DNA of 64,000 nt, taken from positions 73,043-137,042 of the forward strand of contig NDHY01000001.1 in assembly GCA_003574845.1 (NCBI GenBank), read 5' to 3'. The notes beneath the pieces are model-generated. The model saw nothing but the letters and a program-made list of their open reading frames with translations, did no database searches and was not told the DNA's origin. Both the position numbers and the translations under genes were made by a program. Positions 26,816-36,747 of the stretch are shown here, one piece after another. This DNA is from a candidate division NPL-UPA2 bacterium Unc8 (GTDB lineage: Bacteria; NPL-UPA2). Position 1 is the stretch's first letter; every line of letters begins with the position of its first letter.

Positions 26816-29287
26816 GTGTTAAAATTTTTATTTATTATAATAGCCTTTCTGTTAATTGGCGCTGGAAGCGCTTATGGTGGATATATAGAGCACTTTAAGC
26901 AGGGGAGTGAGCATTTTTACGAAGGGCGGTTTAGGCAGGCAGTAGCGGAATTTGAAGAATCACTGCGACTCAACCCCCTTCTTGACAAGATAGACACCCA
27001 GCTTGCCCGTGAGGCAATGAAATATCTTGAGGCAATCGCCCTTGAGGAGGAACACCTTGCCGAGGAAATAGAAAGACTGAGGGCAGAGCGAATATCAAGA
27101 TATGTGGCTAAAGAAAAAATCGCAGCCCTTGAGCTTGAAGAAAGGATAAGGCTCGGGATTGAAGAAAAAGAAAGAATAAGGCGGCTTATTGAAGAAGAGG
27201 AAGCAAGAGAAAGGCTTCGCCGAAAAGAAGCGCAGAGAAGAGAGCTTGAGAGGCCAAAATTGGAAATTGACGCCGGGACTTCCCTGAGCCACATTGTTCT
27301 TTTTAACCTTGATTTTGAGCGTGGCAGTTTCCCCGGCCACGACCCCGCGCCAGATAGAGGTCATCATGAGGTAGCTCTCCCCTTCACTGATGAGCATTTC
27401 ACGATGCAGGATACTTCACTTGGCTTTACTCTTATGCCCTTAGAGGAGCTTTCTTTTACTTTTGATATGAGACAGAGTAGAACCTGGGGCTCACCTTACT
27501 GGGAAGCGCCAACTCCTATGAGAGACATTATGCGTACCACTGTTGACCAGTTTTTCCCCTTCATAATTTTGCCCCGCTCAGATCTTGTTATTGACCTTCC
27601 TTGGCCACTTCCGGTGTGGAGAGGTGTGGTCTTCCATGGTCACCAAAGTTACAAAGATATACGCCATCCCGTTACACCCCCTAAAGCTGAAGACTGGATA
27701 ATGGTGAATGGCTGGTTCCTTGTTGAACGGAAAGTTCTTCTCACTGCCATAAGGCCAATGATAGTTGGTGAGGCAACTCCTGCGCTGGTTGACGGGCTTG
27801 GCCTTAAAGAACCCACCGACCCGGGCGTGCCGGATACTCTGTGGAGGGATATAGAGTTAGCCTATCTTGAAGCAGACTTCTTAGGTTTTGAGGCAAAAGT
27901 TGGCCGCCAGCGGCTTCTCATGGGGCTGCCTGTTGATGTGGATGAAGTTACCGAGCTCATTGGCATAGGAGTTGTTGAGGATTTAATTGGAATGGTTGTC
28001 GGACATGCCGATGCCATAGATTTGAGCGTGCGGACGCTGCCGATAATGGGGCTCGTCTCACCGCGGGTCAGGGGTTTCGGGATGAAGTTAGATGACGCTG
28101 ACCCGGGGATTTGCCGAATAAGAAGCGACCATACTTACGCCGGAACAAGCCTTGGCATTGAACTCTCTGTTGAAGGGATAATGGATATGTTAGGCTTTGA
28201 GCTCGGAGAGCTTGAGCTTCCTGAGGAGATTACTGTCCTTGAGGCTGCCCGGCACCGTCGGCGCGACAAAGACCTCCGCGATGAGGTCCAATCCGATATC
28301 CTGCGGCTCCCAATTGCAGTCTATGTTTGCCAGAGCGGAAGAGTGGGAGTCTGGAAGACTGCCCCTGACCCGGTAACAGGTAAGACCAAACCGTGGAAGC
28401 ACTATAAAGATGGACCAAGACATTGGGTGAGGTCAAAAGAAGTCGGAGGTCATGGCTGGATAGGAATTCTTCCAATAGCAATCCCCGGGGACCGTATGCC
28501 TTTCTTTGCCGCCATCCACAAGTATCGCAGCGGGGATGACCCTGCAACCCCGAATATCTCCGAAGAATTTGACCCGCTGCCACATGATATGCTCTTTATG
28601 CCGTTGGACCCGGCCGCTCTCCTGCCCGGGGGGCTGCCAATAGCACTTCCGGAGGGATTTGACATTGGGACCAATATGAGATACCAGCTCTACGCTGCCG
28701 GCTTCAGGCCAAGTGAGGAGTTGACGCTAATAGGGCTTTATGCTGAGTTAGACCGTGCCAGGCTAATGCCAAGTAATAATACCGCTCTGGATAGAGCCAG
28801 AGGCTGGATAGGAGGCACAGATAAGGACTTCCTGCAGGTGGCAGGGCTCGCCTCTATCTTCACCTGGAGGGATATTGGTTTTACCCTTGCAGGGCTCGGA
28901 ATTCGTCCGGAGGACTCTCTCTATGATGCAATGCAGGATATGGCTGATGAGGTTCACCTTGCCGGATTATGGAAGCCAGGTCGCCCACTGCCCGAGCCAC
29001 TGGTGAGAAGTAAAAAATGGATGCGAATGCTTATCGGGATGATTACAATGGCTCCCACCGAGCATACCTCACTTGTAATAGGCGGCGCATGGATTGACCC
29101 TCGTGACCATCTTCTTAATCTTGCCAATGCATTCCTTTATATTGATATAGAAGAGCATATTAAAAGGAAGCTTGGGGGATTCGGTCGTGTAGTTTCAGTT
29201 ACTATGGACCCGGTAGAGAGGTTTGCCGAGCCATTTATGGATGATGCGGCAATGGCTTTTTTCATACGGCTTGCCGTTCACTTTTAA
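26816..29287 (+). CDS. Secreted hypothetical protein: TPR-like segment, charged coiled coil, putative outer-membrane beta-barrel
   Basis: Signal peptide; TPR-like AVAEFEESLRLNP; E/R-rich helix; KVGRQ and SGDDP...FDPL motifs reminiscent of alginate-export porins; terminal Phe. Confidence 0.55.
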   Translation: MLKFLFIIIAFLLIGAGSAYGGYIEHFKQGSEHFYEGRFRQAVAEFEESLRLNPLLDKIDTQLAREAMKYLEAIALEEEHLAEEIERLRAERISRYVAKEKIAALELEERIRLGIEEKERIRRLIEEEEARERLRRKEAQRRELERPKLEIDAGTSLSHIVLFNLDFERGSFPGHDPAPDRGHHEVALPFTDEHFTMQDTSLGFTLMPLEELSFTFDMRQSRTWGSPYWEAPTPMRDIMRTTVDQFFPFIILPRSDLVIDLPWPLPVWRGVVFHGHQSYKDIRHPVTPPKAEDWIMVNGWFLVERKVLLTAIRPMIVGEATPALVDGLGLKEPTDPGVPDTLWRDIELAYLEADFLGFEAKVGRQRLLMGLPVDVDEVTELIGIGVVEDLIGMVVGHADAIDLSVRTLPIMGLVSPRVRGFGMKLDDADPGICRIRSDHTYAGTSLGIELSVEGIMDMLGFELGELELPEEITVLEAARHRRRDKDLRDEVQSDILRLPIAVYVCQSGRVGVWKTAPDPVTGKTKPWKHYKDGPRHWVRSKEVGGHGWIGILPIAIPGDRMPFFAAIHKYRSGDDPATPNISEEFDPLPHDMLFMPLDPAALLPGGLPIALPEGFDIGTNMRYQLYAAGFRPSEELTLIGLYAELDRARLMPSNNTALDRARGWIGGTDKDFLQVAGLASIFTWRDIGFTLAGLGIRPEDSLYDAMQDMADEVHLAGLWKPGRPLPEPLVRSKKWMRMLIGMITMAPTEHTSLVIGGAWIDPRDHLLNLANAFLYIDIEEHIKRKLGGFGRVVSVTMDPVERFAEPFMDDAAMAFFIRLAVHF

Positions 29288-29288
29288 A

Positions 29289-29906
29289 ATGAAAATAAAC
29301 GAGATATTCAGGAGTATTCAGGGAGAGTCCACATATCAGGGGCTGCCATGCACTTTTATCCGATTTACAGGGTGCAATCTGAGGTGTGCCTGGTGTGACA
29401 CCGCCTATGCCTACGAAGCCGGAGTGAACTGGACAGCTCATGAAGTTCTCCTGAAAGTAAGGGAGTTGGGATGCTCATTAGTGGAGATAACAGGCGGAGA
29501 ACCTCTACTGCAGGAAGAAGTTCACGAGCTGAGCGCCGGGCTTTTGGAGGAGGGCTATCAGGTGCTCCTTGAGACAAATGGGACCAGAGACATCGGCGAG
29601 ATTGACCCCCGCGTGGTTAAAATTATGGATATCAAATGCCCTGATAGTAAGATGTCAGAAGAGATGCGTTGGGAAAATCTAACAAAGCTGACAGCTCGGG
29701 ATGAGGTCAAACTTGTAATTAGCACCCGGAGGGACTATGAATGGGCAAAATCCGTCATCACCCAGGAGGGGCTGAATGGAAATGTCGTACTTATGTCTCC
29801 TGCTTTCGGGAGACTCTCGCCACAAGCACTGGCGGGATGGCTTCTAAATGATGAATTAGATGTTCGGCTCCAGCCCCAGCTTCATAAATACTTCTCTTTA
29901 CCTTAA
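29289..29906 (+). CDS. queE: 7-carboxy-7-deazaguanine synthase (radical SAM)
   Basis: EIFRSIQGE, GCNLRCAWCDT, TGGEP, ETNG, PQLHK; start moved to 29289. Confidence 0.9.
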   Translation: MKINEIFRSIQGESTYQGLPCTFIRFTGCNLRCAWCDTAYAYEAGVNWTAHEVLLKVRELGCSLVEITGGEPLLQEEVHELSAGLLEEGYQVLLETNGTRDIGEIDPRVVKIMDIKCPDSKMSEEMRWENLTKLTARDEVKLVISTRRDYEWAKSVITQEGLNGNVVLMSPAFGRLSPQALAGWLLNDELDVRLQPQLHKYFSLP

Positions 29907-29925
29907 ATTAAAAAAGGAGGGGACA

Positions 29926-30030
29926 GTGGCAAGGAAAATGGAAAAGGTCCGCCATGAGACCAAGAAAAAGGCAAAGCTCTCACCCAAAGAGAAAAAATTA
30001 AAGAAAAGGATAAAGAAAGCGAAAATATGA
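29926..30030 (+). CDS. Lys-rich small protein (34 aa, absent from the ORF track)
   Basis: [37 protein letters not shown] start after AAGGAGG; stop 1 nt before the next ATG. Confidence 0.6.
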   Translation: MARKMEKVRHETKKKAKLSPKEKKLKKRIKKAKI

Positions 30031-30031
30031 A

Positions 30032-30580
30032 ATGATTCCACAAAAGCTCTTTCTTACCAAGGGGGTGGGCAAACACCAGGAACGTCTGCAGTCATTTGAG
30101 GCAGCACTCAGAACAGCGGGCATTGCCGCCCACAATCTGGTGCGGGTCTCCAGCATACTTCCCCCCGGATGCCGGATTATTTCCCAGGAAAAAGGAAAAA
30201 AGCTTCTTTCCCCGGGGCAAATAATATATGCAGTCATTAGTGAACAGAGCACAAATGAGCCGCACCGTCTTCTTGCAGCTTCTATCGGAGTAGCCGTTCC
30301 CACTGAAAAAGCTCAACACGGATATCTTTCTGAATATCACTCTTTCGGGCAAACAGCAAGAGCTGTTGGAGATTACGCCGAGGATCTGGCGGCAACGATG
30401 CTTGCCTCTACCTTAGGAATACCTTTTGATATTGACAAAGCCTGGGATGAGCGCAAGCAAATTTACAAGATGTACAACCAGATTGTCCGAACCACAAACA
30501 TAACTCAATCAGCAGTTGGTAACTCCAAAGGACTGTGGACAACGGTTATTGCCGCCGCCGTATTTATTCCTCCTTCTTAA
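30032..30580 (+). CDS. pdaD: Pyruvoyl-dependent arginine decarboxylase
   Basis: [21 protein letters not shown] self-cleavage motif, GYLSEYH. Confidence 0.88.
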   Translation: MIPQKLFLTKGVGKHQERLQSFEAALRTAGIAAHNLVRVSSILPPGCRIISQEKGKKLLSPGQIIYAVISEQSTNEPHRLLAASIGVAVPTEKAQHGYLSEYHSFGQTARAVGDYAEDLAATMLASTLGIPFDIDKAWDERKQIYKMYNQIVRTTNITQSAVGNSKGLWTTVIAAAVFIPPS

Positions 30581-30605
30581 AATTACTCCTTCTTAAAAGG
30601 AAGCA

Positions 30606-31656
30606 ATGAGATTTGCGCTAACTGAAGAACAAAAAGGAATTAAAAAGGTGGCAAGAGAACTTGCCGAAGAGGAGTTTCCAAGAACATGGGAGGAACATTA
30701 CGACAAGAGAGCGTTTCCAGAGAAAATCTGGAAGAAGGCATGCGAGTTAGGGCTGACAGGGGTAACCGTGTCAGAGCGCTATGGCGGCTCGGAATTAGGT
30801 ATACTGGATGAGATACTGATAATTGAGGAGTTTCAAAGAATAAATCCAAGAATAGCTACATTTATAAACTTTGCAACCTACGGGAATCAGATAATAGAGA
30901 AGTTTGGAACTGAAGAGCAAAAAGAAGCATACCTGCCCCCCATTGTAAAGGGGGAGAAGACCCTTAGCTCTACACTCTTCAGCGAAGAAATTGACCCCCC
31001 CTGAAGCAAAAGTTCGCGGAGATGAGTTTAAAATAAAGGGAAAGGTAAGAGTTGAAGATGGAGCCATTTTCACAGAAGAAGTTACTGATTCTACCAACTT
31101 TAAACTGCCGTCTAATTTATTGATTCTATGTAATAATAACACCGGAAGCGGCAAGGATATAATACTGGTTGAAACTACTAAATCTATAGAAGTTAAAGAC
31201 GTAACATTTGGAACAAAGGCTCCACCTATAATTGAAATTTCATTTAATAATACAAAAGCACCGCTGGAGAATCTCATAGGGGAAAAAGGGAAAGGGCTAA
31301 GGTATGCAGCCTTCTTTCTAAATATAGCAAGTGTAGAGATTGCCGCTCAGGCAATCGGATGTGCCCAATGTGCTCTTGAAACTTCCCTGTATTTTATCAA
31401 TGAGAGAAAAAAGGCAGAGAAAAAAACATGGCAATATCAGGAGACCTCTTACAAGATTGCAGAAATAGCAGCTGAGATTGAGGCGGCAAGGCTTCTCTTG
31501 TATAAAGCAGGCTGGGCGATTGATGAGGGAGCACCAGATTCAAAGTTGACTGCAATGGCAAGGTGGAAGGCAGGTAATCTCGCAACAATGGCTGTGGATG
31601 AGGCACATGATTTACCGACTTCTAACAAAAACCTTGCCGGGGAACTCTTTAATTAA
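30606..31656 (+). pseudogene. Acyl-CoA dehydrogenase, frameshifted (C7 run, CCC-TGA at 30995-31004) and C-terminally truncated
   Basis: ORF 30606-31004 is an ACAD N-domain (FGTEEQKEAYLP); ORF 30991-31656 is middle/C-domain in the +1 frame; ends after AVDEA without the HGGxG motif, overlapping dprA. Confidence 0.75.
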
Positions 31657-32742
31657 CTTCTTGATTTGAAGCGTTGTTAGTGTGGAGGAGACCTTGCTTG
31701 CTGAGAAGCCGCTTTCTGCAATAATGGTATCTATATCCTTGGCATCTGATAGGAGCTCATAGAGCCTTTTTTCATCGCCCCCTAAAGCGGGTGTCAGTTT
31801 TCCTGAGGCACTGCTTTTTAGCTCCTTTGTTCCTCCTTCAATCTGCTGGAGATTTCTGAGCAGTGGCTCAAGTTCTTCAACGATGCTATCACTCGTAGTA
31901 GCTATTTTTGCCCCCTGCTGGATGAGATTGTTCGTTCCCCAGCTAATCGGGGAGTCAACCCTGCCGGGTATGGCAAAGACCTCTTTCCCCTGTTCTAAGG
32001 CGCGGTCAACAGTAATGAGTGCCCCGCTGCGCCTGGCCGCTTCAACCACAACAACCCCCAATGAGAGCCCGCTGATAATCCGATTTCTTCTCGGAAAGTT
32101 TCCACGTTCTGGTGGGGTGAGCATAGGAAATTCAGAGATGACTGCTCCACTCATGGCGATGTCATCAGCCAATGCCTCATTCTCTGCAGGATAGATTATG
32201 CCAAGCCCATTTCCAAGTACGGCGATTGTGCGACCACCGCTGGAGAGCGCCCCTTTGTGAGCAGCAGAGTCTATTCCTCTTGCCATTCCGCTAATAATAG
32301 TTAATCCATTTGCTCCCAATTCTCTTCCTAACTTCTCAGCGGTCATCTTTCCATAAATAGATGGACGGCGGCTGCCAACAATGGCAACGGCTGCTAAGTC
32401 TTTGGGAAGAAGCTCTCCTTTAACATAGAGAACCAGAGGAGGGTCAAAAATTTTTGACAGATAGCTCGGATAGCCGCTGTCTTCAATAGTTAGCACCTTG
32501 ATGTTTCCTTTTGCTATTAGCTCAAGCTCTTTCTCTATATTTATCTCTTCCCTCCAGGCCACTATTTTCCGGGCAAGCGTGTCTCCAATCTCTGAGACTT
32601 CTCTCAACCTACGCTCAGATGCATTCAGTATCGCCTCTGGATTGCCAAAACTTTTCAGCAGCTCTCTTCCCCGCCGTGGGCCCAGTCCTGAAATGGCATT
32701 TAATGCCAGCCAGTATTTCATTTCAAGTGCTTTAGGGGTCAT
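31612..32742 (-). CDS. dprA: DNA-processing protein DprA
   Basis: AIVGSR, SGMARGID, FPRRNRIISGLS, SGALIT. Confidence 0.96.
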   Translation of the reverse strand: MTPKALEMKYWLALNAISGLGPRRGRELLKSFGNPEAILNASERRLREVSEIGDTLARKIVAWREEINIEKELELIAKGNIKVLTIEDSGYPSYLSKIFDPPLVLYVKGELLPKDLAAVAIVGSRRPSIYGKMTAEKLGRELGANGLTIISGMARGIDSAAHKGALSSGGRTIAVLGNGLGIIYPAENEALADDIAMSGAVISEFPMLTPPERGNFPRRNRIISGLSLGVVVVEAARRSGALITVDRALEQGKEVFAIPGRVDSPISWGTNNLIQQGAKIATTSDSIVEELEPLLRNLQQIEGGTKELKSSASGKLTPALGGDEKRLYELLSDAKDIDTIIAESGFSASKVSSTLTTLQIKKLIKEFPGKVFVRSR

Positions 32743-32743
32743 A

Positions 32744-33277
32744 TTAAAATAAGTCTAACTGGGAATCTTTTATGAATTGGTAGCGCTTGAGAAGTCGCAG
32801 CAACTGAAGGAGGTCAGAGTTGACATAGTTTTGATTTGACTTTACTTTACCAATAATGTAGTTGAGCATCGTGGCAAATTCAATTATATGGTCAACTCCT
32901 TTGCTGCTCAATAGCTCAATGCTTTTTCCCCTCATCTCTCCAGGAGCAGGAATGGAGGAAAGAACAAGTATCTTTTTAAAGTCTCCTCCGCCAAAAAACT
33001 TTCCCGCCACTGCAAGCGCCTCCGGCTGCACAAAATCAAATATTTCAGGGGAACGGCTAAACCGGGAAGGGAAAAATTTGTCGGTATGCCATCCTTTTAC
33101 ATTGATGGTTGCCCGCTCAATGGCAGGAATATCCGCCGAGCATAAGATAAAGTCCAGCCGGGAATCGGCCTTAGCAGGCTTGGGTCTGAAAACAAAAAAA
33201 TGTTCATTAAGTTGCGTTAAAAACCCGTGGAGCTCAAAGTAGATTCTCGTCAGTTCCCGATTTACGTTTGAGTTCAT
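32744..33277 (-). CDS. Conserved hypothetical protein
   Basis: 177 aa, tightly packed between aroK and dprA; YFELHGF and VKGWHT motifs. Confidence 0.6.
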   Translation of the reverse strand: MNSNVNRELTRIYFELHGFLTQLNEHFFVFRPKPAKADSRLDFILCSADIPAIERATINVKGWHTDKFFPSRFSRSPEIFDFVQPEALAVAGKFFGGGDFKKILVLSSIPAPGEMRGKSIELLSSKGVDHIIEFATMLNYIIGKVKSNQNYVNSDLLQLLRLLKRYQFIKDSQLDLF

Positions 33278-33783
33278 TTTATCTCTTCAGCTATCTTTTT
33301 TATCTCCGTTACTACCTCACCTATGGTCAATTGAGAGGTGTCAATCATTACCTCAGCCCGGGCATAAAGAGGAGCACGGAAGTGAAGCAGTTCCTTAATT
33401 GTCTCCAATGGATAAGGAGTGTCAAGAAGAGGGCGATTTTTTTCCGCCTTTGTTCTTGCCATAATTACTTCAGGGCTGGCGCTCAGACAGATAAGCACCC
33501 CATTTTTTCTTAAGTTTTCTATATTCTCTTCCCGAAGAACGATTCCGCCTCCAGTGGCAATAACCATATTTTCATATTTTGAAACTTCTTTTGCTTTCTC
33601 TGCCTCCAACCGGCGAAAATGCTCCTCGCCAAAATTAAAAAATATCTCGCTGATAGAGGTGCCGCTCTCTTTTTCAATTAATTCATCAACATCCAGGAAA
33701 TCCCTTTGCAATTCCTCAGCAAGCCTTTTCCCTGCCGCAGTCTTTCCCGTCCCCATAAAGCCTAACAAAATGATATTCTTCAT
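33274..33783 (-). CDS. aroK: Shikimate kinase
   Basis: GFMGTGKT, ATGGG, RPLL, RAPLY. Confidence 0.96.
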   Translation of the reverse strand: MKNIILLGFMGTGKTAAGKRLAEELQRDFLDVDELIEKESGTSISEIFFNFGEEHFRRLEAEKAKEVSKYENMVIATGGGIVLREENIENLRKNGVLICLSASPEVIMARTKAEKNRPLLDTPYPLETIKELLHFRAPLYARAEVMIDTSQLTIGEVVTEIKKIAEEIK

Positions 33784-34904
33784 AATTCTCTTATGTAGTC
33801 CTGATAGCTGACATAATTTCTTTTCATTTCCCCTAATGCATCACCACCAAATTTATCCTGCATCGCTCTGGCTATCTCTATGGCAATTACTGCCTCTCCT
33901 ACTACTGAGGCTGCCGGCACAGCACAAACATCCGCTCTTTCTTTTGTGGCAGTAACTGTTTTCTTTGTGATAATATCAACCGTTTTCAGCGGAGTCTGCA
34001 ACGTAGGGATTGGCTTCATCGCTGCGCGGATGATAATTTGCTCTCCATTGGTTACTCCTCCCTCTATTCCGCCAGCATTATTTGTCTTACGGTAAAAACT
34101 ATGCTTGTTGTAAAATATCTCATCATGCACCTTTGACCCCACTTTACGCGCTGCATCAAATCCCAGTCCAATTTCCACCCCTTTAATTGCCTGGATACTC
34201 ATCACTGCCTGAGAAAGACGCCCGTCAAGTCGGCGATCCCAGTGGGCATAGCTCCCAAGCCCAATTGGAACTCCCCTCACAATTATCTCAAATACTCCTC
34301 CCAGGGAATCCCCTTTTGCTGCTGCCTTGTCTATCTCCGCAATCATCAATTCCTCAGCAGCCGGGTCAATGCAGGAAAGCAACGCTCTTTTTTGCGCTTC
34401 AATAATTTTTTCCGGTGTTACTTTAGCGGCACGAGCCCTCACCCCTCCAATACTGATGACATGACTGAGCACGCTGATGCCAAACTCTCTCAGTAAAGTC
34501 TTTGCCAGAGCACCAACGGCGGTGCGAGCAGCCGTCTCTCGGGCACTGGCGCGTTCACTAACGTTTCGCAGGTCAGCTTCTCCATATTTAATTGCCCCTG
34601 AAAGGTCAGCATGTCCCGGCCTTGGCGCCGTTATCTTCTCTTCCTCTTTCCAGTTTTTCCAATCCTTGTTGGAAATAATGATGGTAATAGGGCTTCCCGT
34701 TGTCTTTCCACCTCTCGTGCCAGAGAGGACTTTTGCACTGTCCTTTTCTATCTTCATTCTCCTGCTGCGGCCATAACCGCCTTGACGGCGATGAAGCTCC
34801 GTGTCTATGTCTCCTTCGTTGAGTTCTATCCCTGAAGGGAAACTATCAACTATCGTGATAAGAGCTTCCCCATGCGATTCCCCTGCCGTCAGGTAACGTA
34901 TCAT
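33780..34904 (-). CDS. aroC: Chorismate synthase
   Basis: TAGESHG, RPGHAD, ERASARET, MKPIPT; start moved to 34904. Confidence 0.97.
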   Translation of the reverse strand: MIRYLTAGESHGEALITIVDSFPSGIELNEGDIDTELHRRQGGYGRSRRMKIEKDSAKVLSGTRGGKTTGSPITIIISNKDWKNWKEEEKITAPRPGHADLSGAIKYGEADLRNVSERASARETAARTAVGALAKTLLREFGISVLSHVISIGGVRARAAKVTPEKIIEAQKRALLSCIDPAAEELMIAEIDKAAAKGDSLGGVFEIIVRGVPIGLGSYAHWDRRLDGRLSQAVMSIQAIKGVEIGLGFDAARKVGSKVHDEIFYNKHSFYRKTNNAGGIEGGVTNGEQIIIRAAMKPIPTLQTPLKTVDIITKKTVTATKERADVCAVPAASVVGEAVIAIEIARAMQDKFGGDALGEMKRNYVSYQDYIREL

Positions 34905-34906
34905 TG

Positions 34907-35728
34907 TCAGGAGCCTCCCCTCAATAAATGTCGTATGTACCATTCAATTATTGCCTTCCCCCAGAAAACCGAAAAAACCGCTCCAAGAGCCAGATATGGC
35001 CCGTAGGGGAGATAGCTCTCGCCTTTCCTTATTTTTGCTATTATCCCTACGACTGAGCCTGCAAATGCAGACAAAAATATTGTTAATGCTGTCAGCTGCC
35101 ATCCTAAAAAAGCACCAATCATTGCCAGGAGCTTTACATCCCCACCGCCCATTACCTCCTTTTTGGCAATTTTTCTTCCAATTACTCCGGTGAGATAGAG
35201 AAAAAATCCGCCGACGAATGCTCCAAATACAGATGAGAAAAAACCGGATAGGCGAGTAGCAGAAACTGCTGAGAAATGGAGGATTTCCCGTTGTATCTCA
35301 GGATGGAGAGTGCTCAGGACAATGCCAAGAATTATTCCGGGGAGGGTAACTACATCCGGTATAATCCAGTGGTCAAAGTCAATAAATGTGATAAGTATAA
35401 GTCCTGATACGAGTGGCAGATAGATAAAAAACTCCGGAGAGACCCCAAGTTTTAAAAAGAGGGAAAGAAAAATACCTGCCGTTAAGAATTCAACCAGGAA
35501 GTAGCGAGACGAGATAATACCCTGACAGTGGCGACACCTTCTTCTCAGCATGATAAACGAGATGAAGGGAATGTTGTCATACCAGGCAATGTGCTTACTG
35601 CAGTGCTGGCAACGAGAGCCCGGGGTGAGAATTGATTCCTCACGGGGAAGACGATAGATGCAAACATTAAGAAAACTCCCCACGACAGAACCAAAAATAA
35701 AGGAAGCAACACCAATAAATATAGTCAT
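34907..35728 (-). CDS. pilD: Prepilin peptidase/N-methyltransferase
   Basis: GSFLNVCIYRLP, two CxxC, MGGGDVKL, PYGPYL. Confidence 0.95.
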   Translation of the reverse strand: MTIFIGVASFIFGSVVGSFLNVCIYRLPREESILTPGSRCQHCSKHIAWYDNIPFISFIMLRRRCRHCQGIISSRYFLVEFLTAGIFLSLFLKLGVSPEFFIYLPLVSGLILITFIDFDHWIIPDVVTLPGIILGIVLSTLHPEIQREILHFSAVSATRLSGFFSSVFGAFVGGFFLYLTGVIGRKIAKKEVMGGGDVKLLAMIGAFLGWQLTALTIFLSAFAGSVVGIIAKIRKGESYLPYGPYLALGAVFSVFWGKAIIEWYIRHLLRGGS

Positions 35729-36606
35729 CTCTCTCTACTGTTGACTGTTGACTGTTGACTGTTGATTACTTCTTCGGCTGCCTTTCTCATCGCATCAAGA
35801 GGAGCCTCCTTCCCCGTCCAGAGCTCAAACGATAGCGCTCCCTGGTGAATGAGCATTCCGAGTCCCCCAACCACTGAGCAGCCTCTTTCTCGTGATGCCT
35901 GCATTAGTCTTGTCTCTTGCGGATTATAGACAAGGTCAAAGACCAGCGTCCGGGGTAGGAGCCATTCTGGATCGATGAGTAGCTTATCTCCTGCATTCAT
36001 GCCTACAGGCGTAGCATTAATTAGAATATCTGCTTTACCAACATTAAATTTAATCTTATCCCAGGAAATTACCCCGACACGGAGCTGAGGAATATTCCTT
36101 CCTATATCAGCAGCCAACCTCTTTGCCCGCGGAGCAATTTTATCAAAAATTATGAGCTCCCCTGCCCCCTCAAGTCCTGATTGCACCGCTACTGCTCTTC
36201 CAGCGCCACCAGCGCCGAGAATAACAATTCTCCTTCCCTGAATGTCAATTTTCCCCTCTTCTTTGAGAGCTTGCACAAACCCTTTTCCGTCAGTATTATA
36301 TCCAATGAGCTTTCCTGATCTTATGGCTACTGTGTTGACTGCTCCAATGCGTCTTGCTTCTTCAGAGACCTCATCAAGGCAGGCAATAACAGTCTCTTTA
36401 TGAGGAATGGTAACATTGAGCCCGATGATACCCAGAGAGCTAAGCCCGGCGACGGCTCGCCCTAAATTCTCTGGCCGCACCGCAAGTGGTAGATAGGCAC
36501 AGTCCAGTCCTAATGCGGCGAATGCGGCATTGTGAATCGCCGGCGATGCAGTATGTTCAATGGGAAAACCAATCACCCCGAATATTTTTGTCGTTCCCTT
36601 AATCAT
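35725..36606 (-). CDS. aroE: Shikimate dehydrogenase
   Basis: SPAIHN, NVTIPHK, GAVNT, GAGGA, NATPVGM; C-terminal tail encoded by a repeat. Confidence 0.96.
   Translation of the reverse strand: MIKGTTKIFGVIGFPIEHTASPAIHNAAFAALGLDCAYLPLAVRPENLGRAVAGLSSLGIIGLNVTIPHKETVIACLDEVSEEARRIGAVNTVAIRSGKLIGYNTDGKGFVQALKEEGKIDIQGRRIVILGAGGAGRAVAVQSGLEGAGELIIFDKIAPRAKRLAADIGRNIPQLRVGVISWDKIKFNVGKADILINATPVGMNAGDKLLIDPEWLLPRTLVFDLVYNPQETRLMQASRERGCSVVGGLGMLIHQGALSFELWTGKEAPLDAMRKAAEEVINSQQSTVNSRER
35737..35764. repeat. (ACTGTTG)x4 inside the aroE 3' end
   Basis: Four perfect heptamers encoding the NSQQSTVNS tail. Confidence 0.9.
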
Positions 36607-36623
36607 CTTGATTGCTTATTATA

Positions 36624-36652
36624 AGTATAGATAATGTTTTCTTTATTGTCAA
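36624..36652 (-). promoter_or_regulatory. Sigma70 promoter of the aroE operon
   Basis: TTGACA-17 bp-TATACT on the minus strand. Confidence 0.7.
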
Positions 36653-36747
36653 ATAAATGTAGTTATGGAAGTTAGGAGGAAGCGATCTAACTTACTTATT
36701 TGACAGCACCTATTTTCTTGTAGTAAACTAAATCATCAGTAAATAAT

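Noticed and set aside
24887-29287. Prophage or integrative element at tRNA-Asp
   Set aside because: No integrase, phage genes or duplicated att sequence within the window
31002-31004. TGA as selenocysteine
   Set aside because: Homology continues in the +1 frame, not in frame; no SECIS-like hairpin recognised
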